Shown here in pieces: positions 8,754-17,139 of a stretch of DNA of 36,270 nt (the stretch's first letter is position 1; every line of letters begins with the position of its first letter). The notes beneath the pieces are model-generated. The model made no database searches, was not told the origin of the DNA, and saw nothing but the letters and a program-made list of their open reading frames with translations. The position numbers and the translations under genes are program-made. The stretch is from Acidimicrobiia bacterium (GTDB taxonomy: Bacteria; Actinomycetota; Acidimicrobiia; Spongiisociales; CAZKJJ01), in contig JBHICV010000008.1 in NCBI GenBank assembly GCA_046759765.1, forward strand, positions 1 to 36,270, in the 5' to 3' direction.

Positions 8754-9506
8754 GTGACCACTCGCTTCTCACTTTGGTCGGGACCCCGAAACGTGTCGAC
8801 GGCCGTCATGTACGCCTTTGCGCAAAGGCCGGACACCAAGGTGGTTGATGAGCCCTTCTACGCCCACTACTTGACAGTGACTGGACTCCATCATCCAGGT
8901 CGGGATCTGGTGATCGCGGACCAGGAGAGCGACATCGACAAGGTGATCACAGATGTCGTGCTTGCCCCGTGTGACCGTTCGCTCCTCTTCATGAAGCAGA
9001 TGGCTCACCATCTCGTCGCAGTTGATCACTCCTTCCTGGCCCAAACCCTCAACGGATTGTTGATCAGAGATCCCGCCGAGGTGCTACGGACTCTGCCGAA
9101 CCAGATTCCGAAGCCGACACTTAGGGACACCGCACTGCCGCAGCAGGTTGAGCTGTACGACGAGCTGGTCGGGCTCGGACAGAAACCGTCGGTGGTAGAC
9201 GCGCGCGAGCTCCTACTTCACCCCAGATGGGTGCTCGAGGCACTGTGTGACTCGATCGGCGTTGTATTCGACGAAGCGATGCTGAGCTGGTCAGTAGGTG
9301 ATCGACCCGAGGATGGAGTCTGGGCGCCGTTCTGGTATGAGAACGTGCACCAGTCGACTGGCTTCAAGCCATATCGGGCCAAGACGAGCCCGTTTCCTGC
9401 CGAGCTCGAGCTGTTATTGGAGGAGTGCCGGCCCTACTACGACTATCTGTATGAGCGAGCGCTGCGACCCGATGGGAGGCGAAGTGAGGGAATACGAACC
9501 CAGTGA
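8754..9506 (+). CDS. Sulfotransferase-like P-loop protein (resembles the N-terminal domain of plant BCAT-like proteins)
   Basis: LWSGPRNVSTAVMYAFAQRPDTKVVDEPFY, FMKQMAHH, LIRDP, DGVWAPFWYENVHQSTGF. Confidence 0.8.
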   Translation: MTTRFSLWSGPRNVSTAVMYAFAQRPDTKVVDEPFYAHYLTVTGLHHPGRDLVIADQESDIDKVITDVVLAPCDRSLLFMKQMAHHLVAVDHSFLAQTLNGLLIRDPAEVLRTLPNQIPKPTLRDTALPQQVELYDELVGLGQKPSVVDARELLLHPRWVLEALCDSIGVVFDEAMLSWSVGDRPEDGVWAPFWYENVHQSTGFKPYRAKTSPFPAELELLLEECRPYYDYLYERALRPDGRRSEGIRTQ

Positions 9507-10401
9507 ACTAGCAGACCCGCGGAATGCGGACATCCAGGTTTATGTCGGCGGTGCGCTCTATCCAAGGTCGGAGGCCAAGGTGTCGGTTTTCGACAGCTCC
9601 GTTCAAGGCGGAGACGCCGTGTGGGAGGGTCTCCGGATCTACGACGGTCGCATCTTCGCCCTAGATGCCCATCTAGATCGGCTCGAAGCGTCGGCAAAGG
9701 CGCTGGCCTTCGCGGACATACCGTCCCGGGCCGAGATCAAGGATGCCATTTTTCAGACCCTCCGAGCCAACGGTATGCGGGAAGGCGTTCACGTCCGCCT
9801 TACGCTGACCCGCGGTCCGAAGTTGACCTCCGGCATGAGCCCGGCCTTCAACCAGGCCGGATCGTGCCTCATCGTGCTGGCCGAGTGGAAACAGCCCGTC
9901 TACGAGCGCTCAGGCATCCGTCTGATCACCGCGGCCGTCCGTCGCAACTCTCCCTCCACGCTCGACTCGAAGATTCACCACAACAATCTGATCAACAACA
10001 TCCTCGCCAAGCTCGAGGCGAACGCAGCCGGGGTCGATGATGCACTGATGCTCGACCTGCAGGGCTTCGTGGCAGAGACCAACGCAACCAACGTTTTCTT
10101 GGTGAAGCGCGGGCAGCTGCTGACTCCTTCGCCGGACGCCTGTCTTCCCGGGATCACAAGGGAGGTGGTCATTGAATTGGCCCGAGCTAACGGCATCGAG
10201 GTGGAGGAGAGGAACGTGTCGCTCTCGGAGGTGTATAGCGCCGATGAGGCCTTTACTACCGGGACGATCGGCGAGTTGACGCCCGTGTTGGAGCTAGACG
10301 GGCGGACGATCGGAACGGGTGTGATGGGACCGGTTACCGAGCAACTGCAGAAGCTGTACCTCGAGCGAACGGCGGCTGAAGGAGAAGTGCTTCCCTTCTG
10401 A
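9484..10401 (+). CDS. PLP-dependent aminotransferase class IV (BCAT/DAAT-like)
   Basis: VSVFDSSVQGGDAVWEGLR, HLDRL, KIHHNNLINN, ETNATNVF, CLPGITR, ADEAFTTGT. Start placed at GTG 9484 after GGGAGG; alternative ATG at 9472. Confidence 0.92.
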   Translation: MREYEPSELADPRNADIQVYVGGALYPRSEAKVSVFDSSVQGGDAVWEGLRIYDGRIFALDAHLDRLEASAKALAFADIPSRAEIKDAIFQTLRANGMREGVHVRLTLTRGPKLTSGMSPAFNQAGSCLIVLAEWKQPVYERSGIRLITAAVRRNSPSTLDSKIHHNNLINNILAKLEANAAGVDDALMLDLQGFVAETNATNVFLVKRGQLLTPSPDACLPGITREVVIELARANGIEVEERNVSLSEVYSADEAFTTGTIGELTPVLELDGRTIGTGVMGPVTEQLQKLYLERTAAEGEVLPF

Positions 10402-10406
10402 GCGGG

Positions 10407-10601
10407 CTACTCCTTCTTTTTCTTCTTCAAACTCGGGAGGCGCCAGGGCTCTCCTTCGGCTTGTTCCCCCTGATCAATGGACTTCAGTCGCCCGGCTCGA
10501 TCAGACACCTCTTCTAGTGAACGCAACGCGCAACCGCCGCACAGGTAGTGACCTTCGAGGATCGTCGCCGCCGGCTTCTCCTCGCAAACCTCGCACCACA
10601 C
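10407..10601 (-). CDS. Small putative zinc-finger protein (CxxC-x14-CxxC), 64 aa
   Basis: GTG at 10601 preceded by GGGAGGAAGGGG; translation MWCEVCEEKPAATILEGHYLCGGCALRSLEE...LKKKKKE. Fills an otherwise empty gap. Confidence 0.65.
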   Translation of the reverse strand: MWCEVCEEKPAATILEGHYLCGGCALRSLEEVSDRAGRLKSIDQGEQAEGEPWRLPSLKKKKKE

Positions 10602-10749
10602 CGCAGTGCCCCTTCCTCCCCCTGCATGACCCCGGCGCCATTCTGCGCGGCTCGATCCAATGTCGCACTGTCCCTTTTCCCCTGGCTCGATCTGACTAGC
10701 CCCCTCGTGTGTGCGAAGCGCCGATCGTCCCACGCAATATCCTCCTGCC

Positions 10750-12021
10750 ATGGCCAGGATCGACCTCACCGATCGGGACCGAGCGTTCCTCGCCGGTGAC
10801 ATGGGCGAGGGGGCGAAGCTCGCGATGACGATCATCATCCGAGTAGCCGAGGCAATGGGTGCGCGCAAGCTCCTCGACATCACCCGCGCTCACATCGACA
10901 GCTGCGTGTTCTATGGGGTCGCCGGGCTCGACTTCGCGGAGCGGATGCGGGACGCTGGGGCACACACCTCTGTTCCGACGACGCTCAACATCTCCTCGCT
11001 CGATCTTCTTCATCCCGACCTCTATCGGGGAGATGAGGAGACGAAGAAGCTCGCGACGCGCTTGATGAACGCTTACGTGGACATGGGCGGCCAGCCCACT
11101 TGGACGTGCGCCCCGTATCAACTAACGGACCGCCCTGGGTTCGGAGAGCAGATCGCCTGGGCGGAGTCGAACGCCATCGTTTTCGCCAACTCGGTGATCG
11201 GAGCCAGAACCAACCCCTATGGCGACTTCATCGACATCGCGGCCGCGGTGACAGGAAGGGTGCCTGCCGCGGGCCTCCACCTATCTGAGAACCGACGCGG
11301 GGAGTTGCTTTTTCGGTTACGCGGCCTGCCGGAGGCGCTGCTCAGGGAGGAAGTCTTCTTTCCCGTACTGGGTCACCTAATAGGCCGACGGGCCGGCCGC
11401 CGGATTCCCGTCATTTCGGAGTTACCGGCGTCAACCAGCGAGGACAGCCTCAAGGCGTTAGGGGCCGCGGCGGCATCCTCTGGGTCGGTGGCGCTGTTTC
11501 ACGCCGTCGGCCTCACCCCCGAGGCTCCTGACACGGGGACAGCCTTCGCGGAACTTGAGCCACTCGGCACGATCGATGTCGATTCCGCCATGATCGCCGA
11601 AGCTCGAGATGAGCTGACGACGGCCACGACAGGACCGCTTCGAGCAGTCACTCTCGGCACGCCGCACATGTCTATCGAAGGGTTCGCTCGACTAGCGGCT
11701 CTGCTGTCGGGCGAAGTCATTCATCCAGAGATCGAGTTCTACATCAATACCGGTAGGAGCGTTCTCGACGAGGTTCGGAATCGGGGCTGGCTTGCGGAGA
11801 TCGAACGAGCCGGCGCGCAGGTTGTCACCGACACTTGCACCTACGTCACGCCGATCCTGCGTCGACTCGATGGCGTCGTGATGACCGATTCGGGCAAGTG
11901 GGCCTATTACGCCCCTGGCAACCTGGGCGTGGATGTGGCCTTCGGAAGCATGAAAGAGTGCGTCCGGTCCGGAGTGGCAGGAAGGATCGTGAGAGACGAG
12001 GAGCTCTGGAGTGGAATCTGA
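10750..12021 (+). CDS. Aconitase X catalytic (large) subunit, probable cis-3-hydroxy-L-proline dehydratase
   Basis: AHIDSC, VPTTLN, WTCAPY, IAWAESNAIVFANSVIGARTN, GSVALFHAVGLTPEA, GTPH, DTC, MTDSGKWAYYAP; genomic context supports the substrate call. Confidence 0.88.
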   Translation: MARIDLTDRDRAFLAGDMGEGAKLAMTIIIRVAEAMGARKLLDITRAHIDSCVFYGVAGLDFAERMRDAGAHTSVPTTLNISSLDLLHPDLYRGDEETKKLATRLMNAYVDMGGQPTWTCAPYQLTDRPGFGEQIAWAESNAIVFANSVIGARTNPYGDFIDIAAAVTGRVPAAGLHLSENRRGELLFRLRGLPEALLREEVFFPVLGHLIGRRAGRRIPVISELPASTSEDSLKALGAAAASSGSVALFHAVGLTPEAPDTGTAFAELEPLGTIDVDSAMIAEARDELTTATTGPLRAVTLGTPHMSIEGFARLAALLSGEVIHPEIEFYINTGRSVLDEVRNRGWLAEIERAGAQVVTDTCTYVTPILRRLDGVVMTDSGKWAYYAPGNLGVDVAFGSMKECVRSGVAGRIVRDEELWSGI

Positions 12022-12430
12022 TGGGCGCACACTCGTGGCCGGAATGGCATCCGGCTCAGCTCTGGTCCTGGAAGAGCCGCTCTCTTTCTGGGGCGGTTTG
12101 GACGCCGAAACCGGCGAGGTGATTGACCGCCACCATCCTCAGAACGGGTCGGTTGTGACCGGCAAGGTGGTGGTGATGCCTCATGGTCGGGGTTCGTCCT
12201 CGGCGTCTGCGGTTCTGGCCGAGGCAATCCGGCTCGAAACCGCGCCGGCGGCGGTCGTAATGCGCAAAGTCGATCCGATCGTGATGCTCGGTTCGCTCGT
12301 GGCCGGCGAGCTCTACGGCCTCGTTTGCCCGGTGGTCGTTATTCCCTCTACCCAGTACGAGCAAATAGCAACGGGGGACTGGGTAGAAATCGTTGACGAC
12401 GGAACGGTGAGGGTCTCCACTGGTGGCTGA
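12011..12430 (+). CDS. Aconitase X swivel (small) subunit, DUF126 family
   Basis: PLSFWGGLDAETGEVIDRHHP, GRGSSS motifs; overlaps the end of the large subunit gene. Confidence 0.9.
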   Translation: MESDGRTLVAGMASGSALVLEEPLSFWGGLDAETGEVIDRHHPQNGSVVTGKVVVMPHGRGSSSASAVLAEAIRLETAPAAVVMRKVDPIVMLGSLVAGELYGLVCPVVVIPSTQYEQIATGDWVEIVDDGTVRVSTGG

Positions 12431-12449
12431 TAGCTGACAGCTGATAGCT
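12426..12449 (+). repeat. Heptamer tandem repeat (GCTGAYA)x3
   Basis: GCTGATA GCTGACA GCTGATA GCT spanning the DUF126 stop codon and the intergenic gap. Confidence 0.6.
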
Positions 12450-12456
12450 TCTCCCG

Positions 12457-13323
12457 ATGCGGTACCTGGCTGCCGATGACCTTCGCCAAGCGCTGCCCAT
12501 GGCCGACTGCATCGAAGCCATGAGAGCCGCTTTCTCCGACGATCGGGAGGTCCCGCCCAGGGTCATGCTCGGCACGTCGCTGTTCATGCCGGCGCGGGTC
12601 GGCGCCCACACGGGAATCAAGGTGGTGAGCACCGTTCCCGGTAACCCCGTCGGTGTCGTGGCTGTCTTCGGCGGCGATGGAACACCGCTGGGAATCGTCG
12701 ACGGACCCACCCTGACGGCCATCCGGACTGCAGCCGGAGCCGGATTGGCGACCGACCTGCTCGCTCGCACGGACAGCAAGTCCATGGCCATGCTGGGTGC
12801 GGGTGCCATGGCTTACGACCAGGTGGAGGCCATCCGGGCTGTTCGCCCTCTGGAGCGGATTCGAGTCTGGAGTCGCACCACCGAGCGGGCGGCCGCCCTG
12901 GCAGACAGGGTCGGCGGTGAGCCCGCGACGGACTCGGAGGAGGCGGTATCCGGCGCCGATGTGATCAGCTGCGCCACGCCGTCGAAACAGCCGCTTTTCT
13001 CGCCGGAGTCTGTCCAGACCGGAACCCACATCAATGCGATCGGCGCGTTCACACCCGACATGTGTGAGGTTCCTGCCGACACCGTCCGGTCGGCGTTTGT
13101 GGTCGTGGACGATCGTGCGGCGGCTGCGGCCGAGGCAGGGGACCTGATTCAGGCCGGCAAAAAACCCGACGCGACGATGGCCGACCTACTTGACGGTCGT
13201 CTCCGGAGAACGTCTCAGCCCATCACGTTGTTCAAGTCGGTGGGAATCGGTAGCCAGGATGTGGCGGCGGCGGTCCGGGCTTTGGAGAACGCAGCTGCGC
13301 GAGACATTGGTTTAGAGCTCTGA
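12457..13323 (+). CDS. Ornithine cyclodeaminase/mu-crystallin family protein, probable delta1-pyrroline-2-carboxylate reductase
   Basis: LTAIRTAAG, GAGAMA Rossmann motif, ADVISCAT, HINAIGA, TLFKSVGIGSQD; the specific function is inferred from context. Confidence 0.85.
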   Translation: MRYLAADDLRQALPMADCIEAMRAAFSDDREVPPRVMLGTSLFMPARVGAHTGIKVVSTVPGNPVGVVAVFGGDGTPLGIVDGPTLTAIRTAAGAGLATDLLARTDSKSMAMLGAGAMAYDQVEAIRAVRPLERIRVWSRTTERAAALADRVGGEPATDSEEAVSGADVISCATPSKQPLFSPESVQTGTHINAIGAFTPDMCEVPADTVRSAFVVVDDRAAAAAEAGDLIQAGKKPDATMADLLDGRLRRTSQPITLFKSVGIGSQDVAAAVRALENAAARDIGLEL

Positions 13324-13336
13324 GGGCTGACACATT

Positions 13337-13444
13337 TTCGTGTCAATCTGAACCGCACTTTCTGCGGCTCCGATTGACGGGAACGTGGGGGCATACTTCG
13401 TGTCAATGCCCGCGTCGGAAAGTGACACTGCGATTGACAAGAAC
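13337..13444. repeat. Two tandem copies (60-nt period) of a REP-like palindromic element
   Basis: TTCGTGTCAAT at 13337 and 13397; CGATTGAC at 13371 and 13431; inverted arms around a variable, partly self-complementary core. Confidence 0.8.
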
Positions 13445-13465
13445 GCGGCCAATACACTCCCCTCA

Positions 13466-14470
13466 ATGGATCCCCTCCGAATCACGACTACCGAGATGCA
13501 CACGGGCGGAGAGCCCGTTCGGATCGTTACCTCGGGCTATCCGGAAATCCGAGGATCCACGATCCTCGAGAAGCGGGCCTACGTACGCGAGTACCTCGAC
13601 CATCTGCGACGGTTTCTCATGTTCGAGCCTCGAGGTCACGCCGACATGTATGGCGTGCTCCCCGTGGAGCCGGATCATCCAGAGGCCGATCTGGCGGTTC
13701 TGTTCATGCACAACGAGGGGTATTCGACCATGTGCGGCCACGCCACCATCGCCCTGGGACGCTGGGCCGTTGACGAAGGCCTAGTCGAAGTCCGGAAGCC
13801 GGCCACGACCATCAAACTTCAAGTGCCGGCAGGGCTCGTCACGATCAGAGCGGAAGTAGACGACGGAACCATCGGCGATGTCTACTTCGAATCCGTTCCT
13901 GCCTTCGCGTTCGCGCTTGACCAACCCGTGGAGGTGCCTGGCCACGGCCAGGTAGCTGTAGACATTGGCTACGGAGGCGCGTTCTATGCGTTTGTCGCAG
14001 CCACTCGATTCGGGCTCAACGTACTGAAATCGCAGATGCACGATCTAGTGGAGGCCGCCTGGGCGGTAACCAAGGCCGTGCAAGCGAGTGTTCCCCTCCA
14101 CCACCCGGACACTCCTGACCTGGAGTTTCTCTACGGGACCATTCTCACCGACGGGTCCGATGATTATTCCGAGGAACCCACCGCCAATGTCTGCGTCTTC
14201 GCCCACCGCCAGGTCGACCGGAGTCCCACCGGTTCGGGCGTCACCGCGCGGATTGCCCTACAAAGGGCCCGAGAGCAAATCGAACTGGGACAGACCCGTA
14301 GCTTTCAAAGTGTCACCGGGGCGACTTTCACGGGCACGGGTGTCCGAGAAGGACGGGTAGGGGACATTCCCGCCGTCGTGGTAGAGGTCGGAGGGAGGTC
14401 CTACTACACGGGCGAGGCGGTGTTGGTCCTCGAACAAGACGACCCTCTTCCCGGCTTTCTGGTGACCTGA
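13466..14470 (+). CDS. Proline racemase family protein, probable trans-3-hydroxy-L-proline dehydratase
   Basis: MHTGGEP, EPRGHADMYG, STMCGH (Cys) and DRSPTGSG (Thr in place of the second Cys). The Cys/Thr pair is the known dehydratase signature. Start set at ATG 13466. Confidence 0.88.
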   Translation: MDPLRITTTEMHTGGEPVRIVTSGYPEIRGSTILEKRAYVREYLDHLRRFLMFEPRGHADMYGVLPVEPDHPEADLAVLFMHNEGYSTMCGHATIALGRWAVDEGLVEVRKPATTIKLQVPAGLVTIRAEVDDGTIGDVYFESVPAFAFALDQPVEVPGHGQVAVDIGYGGAFYAFVAATRFGLNVLKSQMHDLVEAAWAVTKAVQASVPLHHPDTPDLEFLYGTILTDGSDDYSEEPTANVCVFAHRQVDRSPTGSGVTARIALQRAREQIELGQTRSFQSVTGATFTGTGVREGRVGDIPAVVVEVGGRSYYTGEAVLVLEQDDPLPGFLVT

Positions 14471-14601
14471 AAAAGCTGGGAGGAGCGTCCTGCACATGGG
14501 CATGGGCGAGGTTTCCATGTCTATACTCGCCGGTTACCAAAGGGGGAACTCCGGTTCCTCCTGCCCAACTGTGAATTCATGCAATCAGTAGGAGGTATTT
14601 A

Positions 14602-15915
14602 GTGAGGCAAAGGAAGAAACCGTATCGCTGGCGCGCGATCGTGGGCCTCGGAGCTGCGTTGGCGCTCGTGGCGGCCGCCTGCGGCGGGGAGAAGACCCTG
14701 GACGAATTCAGCCCGGGTCCCCTCGGAGGCGTTCTCTACGGCGCGGACGAGCCGGTGGAGATTCGGACACTGCAGGCGATCAGCGGTGATGTTGCTTTCC
14801 TCGGAGTCGACCAGGTGCGAGGCACCGAGCTGGCCATCGAGGACTACACAGCCGCGTTTGGCGGCATCAAAGGCCACTCCATCAATCTGGGGACGCCCGA
14901 GGACGACCTCTGCTCTTCAGAAGGTGGGACTTCAGGTGCTAATGCGATCGCGGCCCAGGAAGGCGTTCTGGCGGTGATCGGGACCACTTGCTCAGGTGCC
15001 GGCGTGCCGGCTTCTCAGATCCTGTCACAGGCAGGCATTGTGCTCTTCTCGGGTTCGAACACGTCCCCGGCCCTGACCTCGGACTTGCAGGGCACGGCCG
15101 GAACGGCGTGGCAGCAGGGCTACTACCGGACCGCTCATAACGACCTCATCCAGGGTGCCGCCGCAGCCGCGTTTGCCTTGGAAGACCTTGGCTGGCAGAG
15201 CGCGGTCATGATCCATGACGGCGATCCCTATACCGAGGGCTTGGCGAACTCGTTCGCGGCGGCCTTCGAAGGCATGGGGGGCTCGGTCCCACTGATAACC
15301 GCCGTGAACAAGGGCGACACGGACATGGTGCCGATCCTGACGGACGCGGCGGCGCACAGCCCCGACGGGATCTACTTCCCGATCTTCCAGCCGGAGGGTG
15401 ACTTCATTCTCCAGCAGTACACAGGAGTGGCAGGGCTGGAGAACGTGCAAATGTTCGGGGCGGACGGTCTGATCACTCCCGACCACTTCAGTCGGATCGA
15501 GTCCGAAGGCGTGTACTACTCAGGACCTGATCTCGGCTTCGAAGGCAACACCGGGTTCACCGGAGAGACCTACACCAACTTGAGAAGCCGCTATACAGCG
15601 ACTTACGGCGAGGAACCCACCGCGGTGTTCCACGCCCACACGTATGACGCCACGATGATCGTCCTCGCGACGATCGACGCGGTGGCGGTCGAGGACGGCG
15701 ATCTGCTGTTCGTGGACAAGCAGGCTCTGCGTGACGCCCTGTACACCACCAGCAACTTCTCGGGGGTCACCGGGACGCTGGCTTGCGACGACTGGGGCGA
15801 CTGTGGAGGTAACGTCGTCTCGGTCGTGCTGAACGCGGATGCCAGCAATCCCGATACAGGTATTGCCAATGTGGTGTTCCGCTACGGTGCGGCTGGTGAG
15901 ATTCCGCTCGGCTAG
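14602..15915 (+). CDS. Branched-chain amino acid (HAAT) ABC transporter substrate-binding lipoprotein
   Basis: Lipobox LVAAAC, DDLCS...IGTTCSG, SNTSPALT, YYRTAHND, YDA, GVTG; AGGAGG RBS. Confidence 0.92.
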   Translation: MRQRKKPYRWRAIVGLGAALALVAAACGGEKTLDEFSPGPLGGVLYGADEPVEIRTLQAISGDVAFLGVDQVRGTELAIEDYTAAFGGIKGHSINLGTPEDDLCSSEGGTSGANAIAAQEGVLAVIGTTCSGAGVPASQILSQAGIVLFSGSNTSPALTSDLQGTAGTAWQQGYYRTAHNDLIQGAAAAAFALEDLGWQSAVMIHDGDPYTEGLANSFAAAFEGMGGSVPLITAVNKGDTDMVPILTDAAAHSPDGIYFPIFQPEGDFILQQYTGVAGLENVQMFGADGLITPDHFSRIESEGVYYSGPDLGFEGNTGFTGETYTNLRSRYTATYGEEPTAVFHAHTYDATMIVLATIDAVAVEDGDLLFVDKQALRDALYTTSNFSGVTGTLACDDWGDCGGNVVSVVLNADASNPDTGIANVVFRYGAAGEIPLG

Positions 15916-15938
15916 ACGACCCTAAGTGGTAGAAATGT

Positions 15939-15966
15939 GTCCGGCGCCGCCTCGGCGGCGCCGGAC
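15939..15966 (+). other. Strong intergenic stem-loop after the substrate-binding protein gene
   Basis: GTCCGGCGCCGC-CTCG-GCGGCGCCGGAC, a perfect 12-bp stem without a U-tract. Likely an mRNA stabiliser or partial terminator (inference). Confidence 0.7.
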
Positions 15967-15984
15967 CGCTACTACTAGCGAGAG

Positions 15985-17139
15985 ATGACCAAAGCCGCGG
16001 CGCCACCGAGCCCGCCCAAGAAGGCCCGTCGTCGACGACGGCTGGGTTGGGTCGACGCCTTCCTCTGGGCGATCCGCATCGCGGCCATCGTGGTTATCTC
16101 GTGGGGCGTCATCGGCTCGGTGGTGGCCAGCATCTCGGGCGAAGGCCTCACCGCCGAGGCGTGGCAGGGACTGCTCGTCTCCGGCGTTGCCCAGGGCTCG
16201 ATGTACGGACTCATCGCGCTTGGATACTCGATGGTCTATGGCGTCCTGGGATTCATCAATTTCGCTCACGGCGAGGTCTTCGCCCTCGGCGCCATCATCG
16301 CCTTTTATCCCGCGACCTGGCTGTCCGAATCGGGCCTCTGGGACTCCAACCCGATCCTGTCGATAGGCATCCTGTTTGCCACCTCGATGACGTTCTCGAC
16401 CCTCCTCGCCGTCGGCATCGAACGGGTCGCTTATCGGCCCCTGCGCAACGCTCCCCGACTGATTCCGCTGATCACCTCGATCGGGATCTCCTTCTTCCTT
16501 CAGTACGCCTATCGGGGTCTGTTCGGCGACTCCTTCCTCAGCTACCCGCCGCCTCCGGAGGCTTTGCAGGGATCGGTCAGCTTGCTGGGATTCGAGTTCC
16601 AGAAGATCCAGTTGATGGTGATCGTCATCGCCGCGATTTCGATGCTCATCCTTTATCAGCTCGTCGCTCGCACCAAGACCGGACGAGCGATGAGAGCCGT
16701 TGCCGAAGATCGCGAGATCGCCGGCCTGATGGGCATCGACGTCGATCGCACGATCGTGACCACGTTCGCGGTGGGAGGGGCGATGGCCGGGATTGCCGGA
16801 GTGCTCTGGGGGATGCTCTTCAGACAGGTGTACTTCCTCACCGGTTTCCTTGCCGGAATCAAGGCCTTTACCGCGGCCGTCCTGGGAGGCATCGGGAACA
16901 TGGTGGGCGCCTACTTCGGCGGCCTCCTGCTCGGGCTCTTTGAAGCGCTGGGACCTCAGGTCGTGCTCGGCGGCTTGGGCCGAATCGTGACGATCGAATT
17001 GTTCGGAGTGACTGTGGTGCCTGTGCCTGCCGTCACCCAACTCAAGGACGTCGTTGCCTTCACGGCCTTGGTGCTGATTCTTATCTTCCGGCCGACGGGC
17101 CTGTTTGGTGAGCGGTTGGCGGTGGAGGAGCGAGGATGA
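15985..17139 (+). CDS. livH: Branched-chain amino acid ABC transporter permease LivH
   Basis: GSMYGLIALGYSMVYGVLGFINFAHGE, ERVAYRPLR, TKTGRAMRAVAED, KAFTAAVLGGIG, RPTGLFG. Confidence 0.93.
   Translation: MTKAAAPPSPPKKARRRRRLGWVDAFLWAIRIAAIVVISWGVIGSVVASISGEGLTAEAWQGLLVSGVAQGSMYGLIALGYSMVYGVLGFINFAHGEVFALGAIIAFYPATWLSESGLWDSNPILSIGILFATSMTFSTLLAVGIERVAYRPLRNAPRLIPLITSIGISFFLQYAYRGLFGDSFLSYPPPPEALQGSVSLLGFEFQKIQLMVIVIAAISMLILYQLVARTKTGRAMRAVAEDREIAGLMGIDVDRTIVTTFAVGGAMAGIAGVLWGMLFRQVYFLTGFLAGIKAFTAAVLGGIGNMVGAYFGGLLLGLFEALGPQVVLGGLGRIVTIELFGVTVVPVPAVTQLKDVVAFTALVLILIFRPTGLFGERLAVEERG

Noticed and set aside
10750..12430. Aconitase X as the phosphomevalonate dehydratase of the modified mevalonate pathway
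   Set aside because: No mevalonate-pathway neighbours, GTPH instead of GCPH, and flanking proline-racemase and OCD genes favour hydroxyproline catabolism. Not formally excluded.
13337..13444. Repeat-spacer-repeat pattern as a mini CRISPR array
   Set aside because: Only two units, the arms are inverted rather than direct repeats, similar single copies are dispersed elsewhere, and there are no cas genes in the window.
13434..13458. TTGACA in the palindrome arms as sigma-70 -35 boxes
   Set aside because: Spacing to the nearest -10-like hexamers is 13 nt (copy 2) and 21 nt (copy 4), outside the usual 16-19 nt.
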